Shown here one piece after another: positions 32,558 to 42,769 of a DNA stretch of 42,769 nucleotides. The stretch's first letter is position 1; the number at the start of each line of letters is the position of its first letter. The stretch is from Acutalibacteraceae bacterium (GTDB lineage Bacteria > Bacillota > Clostridia > Oscillospirales > Acutalibacteraceae): the NCBI GenBank assembly GCA_045536645.1, contig JAZSNZ010000132.1, forward strand, positions 1-42,769. The letters run 5' to 3'. A program made the position numbers and the translations under genes. A model generated the notes under the pieces. It did not search any database. It was not told the origin of the DNA and saw only the letters and a list, made by a program, of their open reading frames with translations.

Positions 32558-33820
32558 TCAATCGGGGAATGATTTTCTCTTGATATCCGCACCGCATCGG
32601 GTGAGCTTTTCGATCATATTCTCGTAGCCTCGTTCAATGTGGTAGATATCGCCTATTGTAGTAGTTCCGTCAGCGGCCATGGCAGCGATTACCATAGCAG
32701 CACCACCGCGCAGGTCAGTTGCCTTGACAGGAGCGCCATGCAGAGTGCCCACGCCGTCGTAGATAGCCACCTTGCCGTCAACGCTGACCTGAGCGCCCAT
32801 TTTGCGAAGCTCGTCAACATACTGGAAGCGGTTATCCCAAACACCCTCGGTGAGAATGCTGACACCGTCCGCCATAGCCATAAGCACGCCTATCTGGGGC
32901 TGCATATCGGTGGGGAAGCCCGGGTGGGGCATAGTCTTTACATTGCATCTTGAGAGAGGCTTGTCCCTCATGACTCTTACAGCGTCGTCGTATTCCTCTA
33001 CCTTACAGCCCATATCGATGAGCTTTGCGGTGATTGTTTCAAGATGCTTGGGAGTGACATTCTCGATAGTCACATCGCCGCCTGTGGCGGCTGCTGCAAC
33101 CATATATGTTCCTGCCTCGATCTGGTCGGGAATTACATAGTAGGTAGAGCCGCCGAGCTCCTTTACGCCGCGGATCTTGATTGTGCCCGTACCGGCACCG
33201 AGAATATCTGCACCGATGGAATTTAAGAAGTTTGCAAGATCAACGATGTGCGGCTCTCTTGCAGCGTTTTCGATTATGGTAAGACCCTCTGCCTTTACAG
33301 CAGCGAGCATGATATTGATAGTCGCGCCGACAGAAACGATGTCGAGATAAATTCTGCTGCCCACAAGCTTTTCTGCCTGAAGATCGACCATGCCGTCCTC
33401 AACGGAATAACTGGCACCAAGGGCCTCAAAACCCTTTAAGTGCTGATCAATGGGGCGCACGCCGAAATAACAGCCACCGGGCAGGGGCACGCTTGCCTTG
33501 CAGAAACGGCCTAAAAGAGCACCGTACAGATAATAGGAAGCACGCATTTTCTTGACCATTTCATGGTCAGCCACATGTGTGCCGATGGGTCTGGGGTCAA
33601 TCTCGAGAACAGAAGGCTCGGGTCTTGTGACCACAGCGCCCAGACTCTTGAGTATTTCAGAAAGAACATTTACATCGCTTATATCGGGGAGATTTTCAAT
33701 ACGGCACACATCGCCTGCGAGAATAGTTGCGGGAATAATGGCGACAGCCGCATTTTTTGCACCACCGACCGTAATGCTGCCGTGCAGCGTAGTCGGACCG
33801 TTAATGACGAATTTATCCAA
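32558..33820 (-). CDS. murA: UDP-N-acetylglucosamine 1-carboxyvinyltransferase
   Basis: Start re-called to TTG 33818-33820, giving (M)DKFVINGPTTLHGSITVGGAKNAAVAI. This aligns with the canonical MurA N-terminus MDKF...GAKNAALP. The upstream 18 codons of the ORF-track entry lack an SD. Confidence 0.9.
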   Translation of the reverse strand: MDKFVINGPTTLHGSITVGGAKNAAVAIIPATILAGDVCRIENLPDISDVNVLSEILKSLGAVVTRPEPSVLEIDPRPIGTHVADHEMVKKMRASYYLYGALLGRFCKASVPLPGGCYFGVRPIDQHLKGFEALGASYSVEDGMVDLQAEKLVGSRIYLDIVSVGATINIMLAAVKAEGLTIIENAAREPHIVDLANFLNSIGADILGAGTGTIKIRGVKELGGSTYYVIPDQIEAGTYMVAAAATGGDVTIENVTPKHLETITAKLIDMGCKVEEYDDAVRVMRDKPLSRCNVKTMPHPGFPTDMQPQIGVLMAMADGVSILTEGVWDNRFQYVDELRKMGAQVSVDGKVAIYDGVGTLHGAPVKATDLRGGAAMVIAAMAADGTTTIGDIYHIERGYENMIEKLTRCGADIKRKSFPD

Positions 33821-33941
33821 TGCGAAACGCACTCCTCTTGCTCTTTGGTTATATGTTAAACATTTCCTGACCATTTAGTCAGAGATAAATAATACTTTGA
33901 AAATTGACGCACCTATCCAAGGCAAATAATTGCCACAAGTG

Positions 33942-33970
33942 ATTATAGCACCTGTTTGGATAAATGAAAA
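33942..33970 (-). promoter_or_regulatory. Possible extended -10 promoter of murA (TTTTCA-17-TGcTATAAT)
   Basis: The minus strand reads TATAAT (33942-33947) preceded by TGC. The -35 TTTTCA (33965-33970) is weak. Confidence 0.35.
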
Positions 33971-34029
33971 GAATAATTTTGGTTTTAGAATTTATTTAAC
34001 GTCAGTTTTACAATTTGTTTACATATAAA

Positions 34030-34068
34030 TGAAAAATAATGTCGGCATTGCTCTGCAATGCCGACATT
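34030..34068 (-). terminator. Rho-independent terminator of the M23 peptidase gene
   Basis: A 14-bp stem aatgtcggcattgc/gcaatgccgacatt with a tct loop. On the minus strand it is followed by atttttc. Confidence 0.7.
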
Positions 34069-34072
34069 GATG

Positions 34073-35848
34073 TTATTTGTAATAATTCATGGGGTTTTTG
34101 GTACTGCCGTTGAGACGTATCTCAAAATGCAGGTGAGGGCCTGTGGAGTTTCCGCTGTTTCCGACCTTGCCTATAGCCTGACCGGCAGAAACATACTGTC
34201 CCTTTGATACGCCTATTTTACTCAGGTGAGCGTACCTTGTCAGATATCCGTTGCTGTGCTGGATATCGATGCAGTAGCCGTAGCTTGAGAACCAGCCTGC
34301 TCGAGTTACCTTTCCGCTTGCGGCGGCAACGACAGTTCTGCCGTAAATACCGCTGGTGGAAATGTCAATACCTTTGTGAAGCTTTCCCCAGCGCATTCCG
34401 TAGTAGGAAGAAACGTGCTTTACACCGGGAACAGGCCAGGTAAATCTTCCCGTGGGCAATCTGCCGCTGCCGGAGGAACTGCCCGAACTGCCTGAACTGC
34501 CCGAATTGGAGGGGAGCTTCTTGGTGCCTACAACGTAAACCTGTTCAACAGGAGCCTTGAGCACTTCGGTTTTGATTACTTTTCGACTCTGCTCAACACC
34601 ACCGACATAGGTAATTTCCTCGGTTACCTTGTTTGTACCCTTTTTGCCTGCGGTCTTCAATGCCTTGTATGTAGTGTACTTTGTAGAATCCTTGATTGTT
34701 GTGGTGGAATAGTTGACACTTACAGTGTACTGACGGACAACAACGCACTTGACCTCGAGCACAGGCTCTTCCGATTCAACATTAACCTTTTCCCCTGCGA
34801 TAAGCCCTGTTTTTGCAACCTCGGGATTAAGCTCGTGGAAGCGTTCCTCGGTCATGCCGAATTTCTTTGTGATATTCGATACAGTGCTGCTGGATTTGAC
34901 GGAATATGGTTTTATAACCATTTTGGTACCGTTGATTATATCACGCAGCTGATCGGTGGTCATTACGTCCTTTGCGGCAAAAAGACCGCTTTTTGTTTCT
35001 ACGTCCTGAATAAAGCTGAAGGTGCCCTTCTGGGAGGTGTCAGCATATTTTTCGGTGAATTCGTCAAGTATGAAGCTGAGATCTCCCTCGCTTCTGATCG
35101 CTCCGGCCAGTTCACCGTCTATGAACAGACCGTAAGCCTCTTCAATGTCATCGTTTCCGTACAGCAGGCTTTCGGCAAGCTGTGTGGAATTTTTCATCTG
35201 CCTTGAATCAACAGCAGCCAGCTTGTAGGTTGGTTTGAGATTTTCCTCTATCTCCGCACTTGTGCTCAGAAGCTCTGAACTGACAAGATGAGAGGCTTCT
35301 GTAAAGGTGGTCTCATCGGCGATGTAACCGACTGTCTCACCGCCGCATTCAACGGCCAGAGCATAATTTCTGCTGAAGACATTGCTGACTGTAGCGCAGA
35401 GTATTATAACGCAGATAACAGGCAGAATAATATTTACAGCGCTGGCAAGAAATGATCTGTGCTTCACAGCAGAAGTAGCTGCAACGCCGACGCTTGCCTT
35501 TGCAGCAGATAAAATGCCTTCCTTTTTTGCTGCATCGATTCTGGGCTTTGCACTTCTGAACTCTTCGCCTATCTCAGCGAAGGTGGTTTTTGTGGTATGC
35601 ACGGGCTGTACCACTGCGGTATCAAAGCCTTTTGCAATAAAACGACCGCAGGGTCTGAGCAATTTTTTTGTTTTTCTGATTACCATGTTGACCTTACGCT
35701 GAATCTGCATACCGTAAAGGCAGCACAGACGGTAAAGCCAATTAAAGAAATTCTGTCGGGAGTTATCCGACCCGTCGAGCCCATGCATTGACTTCCTTGA
35801 AAACATCGAGCCGACAGCAGCGGCTGCTCCGTTCAGGAGGTTAAACAT
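34073..35848 (-). CDS. Membrane-anchored LysM + G5 + M23 peptidoglycan metalloendopeptidase
   Basis: M23 motifs HKGIDIS and GPHLHFEIR. LysM-like segment YSVKSSSTVSNITKKFGMTEERFHELNP. G5-like beta-rich segment ending in VYVVGTK. Gly/Ser linker SGSSGSSGSSSGSG. AGAGGAG lies 9 nt upstream of ATG 35848. Confidence 0.85.
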   Translation of the reverse strand: MFNLLNGAAAAVGSMFSRKSMHGLDGSDNSRQNFFNWLYRLCCLYGMQIQRKVNMVIRKTKKLLRPCGRFIAKGFDTAVVQPVHTTKTTFAEIGEEFRSAKPRIDAAKKEGILSAAKASVGVAATSAVKHRSFLASAVNIILPVICVIILCATVSNVFSRNYALAVECGGETVGYIADETTFTEASHLVSSELLSTSAEIEENLKPTYKLAAVDSRQMKNSTQLAESLLYGNDDIEEAYGLFIDGELAGAIRSEGDLSFILDEFTEKYADTSQKGTFSFIQDVETKSGLFAAKDVMTTDQLRDIINGTKMVIKPYSVKSSSTVSNITKKFGMTEERFHELNPEVAKTGLIAGEKVNVESEEPVLEVKCVVVRQYTVSVNYSTTTIKDSTKYTTYKALKTAGKKGTNKVTEEITYVGGVEQSRKVIKTEVLKAPVEQVYVVGTKKLPSNSGSSGSSGSSSGSGRLPTGRFTWPVPGVKHVSSYYGMRWGKLHKGIDISTSGIYGRTVVAAASGKVTRAGWFSSYGYCIDIQHSNGYLTRYAHLSKIGVSKGQYVSAGQAIGKVGNSGNSTGPHLHFEIRLNGSTKNPMNYYK

Positions 35849-35908
35849 GTGGTAAAGCTCCTCTCTTTGTGAAAATGGAAGGTTACAAAATTGTAACTTC
35901 TGGTGTTA

Positions 35909-35936
35909 ATTATATCAGCTTTTGTCTTCATTTCAA
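35909..35936 (-). promoter_or_regulatory. sigma-A-like promoter (TTGAAA-16-TATAAT) of the M23 peptidase gene
   Basis: The minus strand reads TTGAAA (35931-35936), a 16-nt spacer, then TATAAT (35909-35914). Confidence 0.5.
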
Positions 35937-36015
35937 CCCTTTGGAGAAATCTTCTGATATTTACGGCAAATTTAATCCACAATCACAAACTGAAATTAGT
36001 TATAATAACAGCAAA

Positions 36016-36474
36016 TCAAAGGTAGAAAATGTCGTTTTCTGTCCATGAGCTGATTACATCGGTGTAACCGGCAGCTATCTTTTTTGCACCTTCGAGGTCG
36101 TGCTCGAGATAATTTGCGCACTCCTCGGGGAGAGCAGCGCCGGGGATGGGCTCATCCCAGATGCTGATTTTCCTGAATGTATCCTTTACAAGCTCGACTA
36201 CCTCGGAATCGCTCATATCTCTTGTAAGAAGATAGAATCCTGTGCGGCAGCCCATGGGACCGAAATATACTATATTATCTGTATAGGCACTGTTGCGTAC
36301 GATGGTTGCACCCAGATGCTCAACAGTGTGCATGGCGGCCTGCTCCATGTAGGGAGGAGTATTGGGCTTGACGGTGCGTATATCCCATGTGTCTATTCCG
36401 TTGTCTCTTCTGGAGATATAAATTCCGCACTCTAACTTGTTATGGTCAACGGTAAAGCTTGCAATTTTTTCCAT
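36016..36474 (-). CDS. luxS: S-ribosylhomocysteine lyase (AI-2 synthase)
   Basis: 152 aa. SFTVDHNKL, metal-binding HTVEH, GPMGCRTGFY. Confidence 0.9.
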   Translation of the reverse strand: MEKIASFTVDHNKLECGIYISRRDNGIDTWDIRTVKPNTPPYMEQAAMHTVEHLGATIVRNSAYTDNIVYFGPMGCRTGFYLLTRDMSDSEVVELVKDTFRKISIWDEPIPGAALPEECANYLEHDLEGAKKIAAGYTDVISSWTENDIFYL

Positions 36475-36629
36475 AATATAAAGTTCCTTTCATGATGTCT
36501 GTGTAATATTATACAGCAATTTATTCTGTTTGGCTACGGATTGTTGAATTATCTGCAAACATTTACACAAAAACAGTGTATTAACAGGAATGTTTGACCT
36601 GTTTATCCATTTGTATGGCCAGTTTTATC

Positions 36630-36658
36630 TTGTAAAAGTTATAAAGCTGTGTTATGAT
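36630..36658 (+). promoter_or_regulatory. sigma-A-like promoter with extended -10 (TTGTAA-17-TGtTATGAT) of the V-ATPase operon
   Basis: TTGTAA at 36630-36635, a 17-nt spacer ending in TGT, TATGAT at 36653-36658. Confidence 0.5.
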
Positions 36659-36726
36659 AACCAGTGAGCGATAATCAAATATGACTACTGAAAATATATT
36701 TCATTGCAGAAAGGTGGTCAGGAATC

Positions 36727-37038
36727 TTGGCAAAGGAATCCATAAGACTGATCGAGGAAGCCGAAAATGCCGCATATGAAGCGGAGATCCGTGCACAGGC
36801 ACAGGCGGCAGAAATTGTGGCCGAAGCAAGGCTGAGAGCGTCTGCGGCACATGATGAAGCCATATCCAAGGCTAAGCAGATCATTGAGCAGGCTAAGAAC
36901 AATGCGAACAACAGCGCGGATGCACTGCAGAAAAACAGTCAGCAGGAGAGCATGGCTGCTGCCGAAAAACTCAGAGCAGAGGCTAAGGAAAAGCTCTCTA
37001 CCGCAGTTGATATAGTTATAGCAGATATAATAAATTAA
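36727..37038 (+). CDS. ntpF: V-type ATPase peripheral-stalk coiled-coil subunit (NtpF / subunit G/H-like)
   Basis: TTG start with AAAGGTGG upstream. 103-aa Ala/Glu/Gln-rich predicted coiled coil. It occupies the first position of an ntpFIKECGA-ordered operon. Confidence 0.6.
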   Translation: MAKESIRLIEEAENAAYEAEIRAQAQAAEIVAEARLRASAAHDEAISKAKQIIEQAKNNANNSADALQKNSQQESMAAAEKLRAEAKEKLSTAVDIVIADIIN

Positions 37039-37079
37039 GGTAATACGACCCATTCTTTTATAGAAGGGAGGAATGTCAT

Positions 37080-39715
<2,636 letters not shown>

Positions 39716-39736
39716 TATATTTCGGGAGGTCATAAG

Positions 39737-40327
39737 ATGACCGGATTAGAAAGAATAATTGAACAGATAAAAATCGATTCCGAGGCAAATGCAGCTAAGA
39801 TTATTGAGGATGCCCAGCTTGAGGCAGACAGAATAATCGAAGAGGCAATGAACGCCACCGAGATCGAGTGCAGGGAAATAATCGGAAAGGGAAAGGAAGA
39901 CGCAAGGGCCATAGACCGTATAGCAGCTTCATCTGCTGAACAGCAGATGAAAAGAGCAAACCTTGCTGCACAGCGTCAGGTGATCGAGGAGGTATTCTCC
40001 GAGGCACTTGTAAAGCTGCGTTCGCTTCCCGACAATGACTATTTCCTCGTTCTTCACCGCCTTGCAGGCAAGAATGCTGAAAGCGGCGACGGAGAAGTAC
40101 TGCTCTCTGAAGAAGATAAAAAGAGAATGCCTGCCGATTTTATTGAAAAGCTTAATGAAAAGCTCACAGGCAAGGGTACTCTGACGCTTGCAAAGGATAC
40201 AGCCGTTACCAACGGCGGACTTATCCTTCGCTACGGCGGAATCGAAATAAACTGCACCTTCGCTGCCCTTATAGACGGCAAGCGCGAACAGCTCAGCGAT
40301 AAGCTGAACAAGTACATCTTCGGCTGA
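39737..40327 (+). CDS. ntpE: V-type ATPase subunit E
   Basis: 196 aa. N-terminal coiled coil (IIEEAMNATEIECREIIGKGKEDA...) and a C-terminal globular domain. Operon position supports the call. Confidence 0.85.
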   Translation: MTGLERIIEQIKIDSEANAAKIIEDAQLEADRIIEEAMNATEIECREIIGKGKEDARAIDRIAASSAEQQMKRANLAAQRQVIEEVFSEALVKLRSLPDNDYFLVLHRLAGKNAESGDGEVLLSEEDKKRMPADFIEKLNEKLTGKGTLTLAKDTAVTNGGLILRYGGIEINCTFAALIDGKREQLSDKLNKYIFG

Positions 40328-40347
40328 GGCCGAAGGGAGGTTTTAGT

Positions 40348-41316
40348 ATGCTTCGCGATACAGATTACGCCTATGCCGTTGCGAGGGTCCGCTGCAATGA
40401 GCTGAAACTGCTCACAAAGTCAGACCTCGAGCTGCTGCTTTCCTCGGTAAGCGTTGAGGAATGCGTAAAGCGCCTGACTGATAAGGGCTACGGCGGCAAG
40501 GGTGCATCTTACGCCTCCGAACGTGAGCTTCTGAAAGCCGAGTCGGAGAACGCATGGGAGCTTATAAATGAGATAGCTCCCGACATAGCTGTGTTTGATT
40601 CTCTCAAGACAGCAAATGATTATCACAATTTAAAGGCTATTACAGAGAGTTATATTCTTGGTTCTGATTATACAAACATGGTGGTTTACCCCGTAACAGT
40701 CGAGCCTGAGACCATTCTCGAGGCGATAAAGACAAAGAATTACGAGCTGCTGCCTTGGCACATGAGAGAATGCGCCGAAAAGGCATACACCGTATTTGTG
40801 GAAGCAAGAGATTCCCAGCTCGGCGAAGCCATAATAGACAGAGCCTGTCTCATGGCATCGGCTGAGACTGCAAAGGGCTGCGGCGAGCTTCTTGAAAACC
40901 TTGCACAGCATAAGATATTCGTTACCGACATAAAGGTGGCAATGCGCTGTGCAATAACAAAGAAGCCCCTGTCCTTTATCGATGCATCGTTAGCTCCCTG
41001 CGAAAAGCTCGATATAAGCGGGCTTGGCACAGCGGCGGTTGAGGGCGCGGAGGAGGTTCTTTCCTATATCGAAAGAGTTTCCGACGAAGCGGCAGATAAG
41101 CTTCGCGAGGGCATGAGCGCCTTTGAAAAATGGAGCGACGAAAAGCTTCGTGATATCATCGCTCCTGCAAAGTACAAGTCCCTCGGACCTGACGCACTGG
41201 CGGCATATCTCTGTGCCAAGGAGCTTGAGATTCGCTCTGTGCGTATAATTCTCTCTGCAAAGAGAAACGGCATTGACAATGATAAGGTAAGAGCTCGCCT
41301 TCGCGAGCTGTATTAA
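40348..41316 (+). CDS. ntpC: V-type ATPase subunit C (d-subunit)
   Basis: 322-aa all-helical protein starting DYAYAVARVRCNELKLL, in the expected operon position. Confidence 0.85.
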   Translation: MLRDTDYAYAVARVRCNELKLLTKSDLELLLSSVSVEECVKRLTDKGYGGKGASYASERELLKAESENAWELINEIAPDIAVFDSLKTANDYHNLKAITESYILGSDYTNMVVYPVTVEPETILEAIKTKNYELLPWHMRECAEKAYTVFVEARDSQLGEAIIDRACLMASAETAKGCGELLENLAQHKIFVTDIKVAMRCAITKKPLSFIDASLAPCEKLDISGLGTAAVEGAEEVLSYIERVSDEAADKLREGMSAFEKWSDEKLRDIIAPAKYKSLGPDALAAYLCAKELEIRSVRIILSAKRNGIDNDKVRARLRELY

Positions 41317-41328
41317 GGAGGGTATGCA

Positions 41329-41649
41329 GTGTACAGGATCGCAGTACTGGGCGAGCGGGACAGCATCTATGGCTTTGCAGCCCTCGGACTTGATATTTTT
41401 CCTGCGGAAAACAGGGAAGAAGCAAAGCGTATTCTTTCCACTATCGCAGGCGGTGAGTATGCTGTAATATACATCACCGAAAAGACCGCCGCAGAGCTTA
41501 CCGCAGAAATCGCAAAATACGACGAAGTCCCCACACCTGCCATAATCCCCATTCCCGGCATCACGGGCAACACGGGTGAGGGCATGGCAAGAGTTCGTCT
41601 GGCTGTGGAAAAGGCAGTCGGCTCAGATATAATATTCAATAATAAATAA
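41329..41649 (+). CDS. ntpG: V-type ATPase subunit F
   Basis: GTG start with AAGGAGGG 6 nt upstream. 106 aa. IAVLGERDSIYGFAALGLDIF...YAVIYITE is typical of subunit F. Confidence 0.85.
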   Translation: MYRIAVLGERDSIYGFAALGLDIFPAENREEAKRILSTIAGGEYAVIYITEKTAAELTAEIAKYDEVPTPAIIPIPGITGNTGEGMARVRLAVEKAVGSDIIFNNK

Positions 41650-41670
41650 ACCTCGTATTGGAGGGTCAGT

Positions 41671-42769
41671 ATGGCAAAGACCAGCAAGGGAATAATCGAA
41701 AAGGTCGCAGGTCCGCTTGTTATAGCCAGCGGAATGCGCGATGCCAATATGTTTGACGTTGTACATGTCTCAAACGAAAACCTCATAGGTGAGATCATCG
41801 AAATGCACGGTGACAAGGCTTCTATTCAGGTTTACGAAGAGACCAGCGGACTGGGCCCGGGCGCACCTGTTGTAAGTACAGGCGAGCCCATGAGCGTTGA
41901 GCTCGGCCCGGGACTTATCGCAAGCATCTACGACGGCATTCAGCGTCCGCTGGACGATATAATGAAGGTCTGCGGAACGAATATCAAGAGAGGCATACAG
42001 GTTGCCTCTCTCAAGAGAGACAGAAAATGGCGCTTTGAGCCGGCAGTTTATGTAGGCGCAAAGGTGCAGAGCGGTGACGTTATCGGTACTGTCAAGGAGA
42101 CCGATGTTGTCACCCAGAAGATAATGGTACCCTACGGAATTTCGGGCGTTGTAAAAGACATCAACGCAGGCAGCTACACAGTTACCGAAACCGTGTGTGT
42201 TATTGAAACTCCCGAGGGAGAGACAAAGAATCTTACCATGATGCAGAAATGGCCTGTCCGCCGCGGCAGACCCTACAAGCAGAAGATAAGCCCCGAAATG
42301 CCCCTTATCACAGGTCAGCGCGTTATCGATACGCTGTTCCCCATTGCAAAGGGCGGTGTTGCATCTGTTCCCGGCCCCTTCGGCTCAGGAAAGACAGTTG
42401 TACAGCATCAGCTTGCAAAGTGGGCAGAGGCTGACATCGTCGTTTACATCGGCTGCGGCGAGCGCGGCAACGAGATGACCGACGTTCACAATGAGTTCCC
42501 CGAGCTCGTTGACCCGAAAACAGGCAAATCCCTCATGGAGCGCACCGTGCTTATCGCAAATACTTCCGATATGCCCGTTGCAGCCCGTGAAGCATCAATA
42601 TACACAGGTATCACAATCGCTGAGTATTTCCGTGACATGGGCTACAGCGTAGCTCTCATGGCAGACTCCACCTCCCGCTGGGCTGAGGCTCTCCGTGAGA
42701 TGTCAGGTCGTCTTGAGGAAATGCCCGGTGAAGAAGGCTACCCTGCTTACCTCGGCAGCCGTCTTGCAC
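41671..42769 (+). CDS. ntpA: V-type ATPase catalytic subunit A (5' partial, runs off the window)
   Basis: Not in the ORF track because no stop lies within the window. My translation starts [22 protein letters not shown].... It contains [16 protein letters not shown] and the Walker [16 protein letters not shown] lies upstream of ATG 41671. Confidence 0.9.
   Translation, partial: MAKTSKGIIEKVAGPLVIASGMRDANMFDVVHVSNENLIGEIIEMHGDKASIQVYEETSGLGPGAPVVSTGEPMSVELGPGLIASIYDGIQRPLDDIMKVCGTNIKRGIQVASLKRDRKWRFEPAVYVGAKVQSGDVIGTVKETDVVTQKIMVPYGISGVVKDINAGSYTVTETVCVIETPEGETKNLTMMQKWPVRRGRPYKQKISPEMPLITGQRVIDTLFPIAKGGVASVPGPFGSGKTVVQHQLAKWAEADIVVYIGCGERGNEMTDVHNEFPELVDPKTGKSLMERTVLIANTSDMPVAAREASIYTGITIAEYFRDMGYSVALMADSTSRWAEALREMSGRLEEMPGEEGYPAYLGSRLA

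Noticed and set aside
41367-41816. 149-aa minus-strand ORF spanning the ntpG/ntpA junction
   Set aside because: It is antisense to two strongly supported V-ATPase genes and crosses their intergenic SD region. It has no independent signals.

Overview
The window reads as a chromosomal core region of a Clostridia-type Firmicute, probably Oscillospiraceae/Ruminococcus-like. That placement is an inference from gene content, strong GGAGG-type Shine-Dalgarno sites, frequent TTG/GTG starts and GC near 50% by eye. I support about 47 protein-coding genes and many sigma-A-like promoters and Rho-independent terminators. I found no rRNA, tRNA, CRISPR array, transposase, integrase or recognisable defence gene.

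Recognisable content, in order:
- A GtrB-like GT2, a poly-Thr secreted SH3b protein and a phosphohexomutase.
- An Mrp/ApbC gene followed by an FHA-fused SEDS (RodA/FtsW) gene and a class B PBP.
- A GT-C/PMT-like glycosyltransferase and DegV.
- A DUF5685-like / J-domain / zinc-ribbon operon.
- A pduL / VTC-domain / DUF4956 operon.
- A family-4 UDG with an AlkZ-related protein.
- MarR plus a heterodimeric ABC exporter that has one degenerate ATP site.
- A P-type Ca2+-ATPase, DUF1015, a PlsC-like acyltransferase, YycJ-like MBL, rlmH and rpsT.
- A membrane-anchored XRE regulator, an SDR epimerase, a low-GC GNAT cassette, murA, a LysM-G5-M23 peptidase and luxS.
- The first seven genes of an ntpFIKECGA-type V-ATPase operon. 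The A subunit runs off the 3' end.

Several ORF-track entries carry spurious 5' extensions. I re-called those starts from SD spacing and N-terminal family signatures.

The best candidates for poorly described biology are three:
1. The self-contained DUF5685-like / cysteine-string J-protein / membrane zinc-ribbon operon.
2. The pduL-VTC-DUF4956 operon, a candidate non-PPK polyphosphate machine.
3. A dispersed lipid-linked glycosylation set next to a poly-Thr secreted protein.

All family assignments come from motif recognition by eye and need profile searches to confirm.
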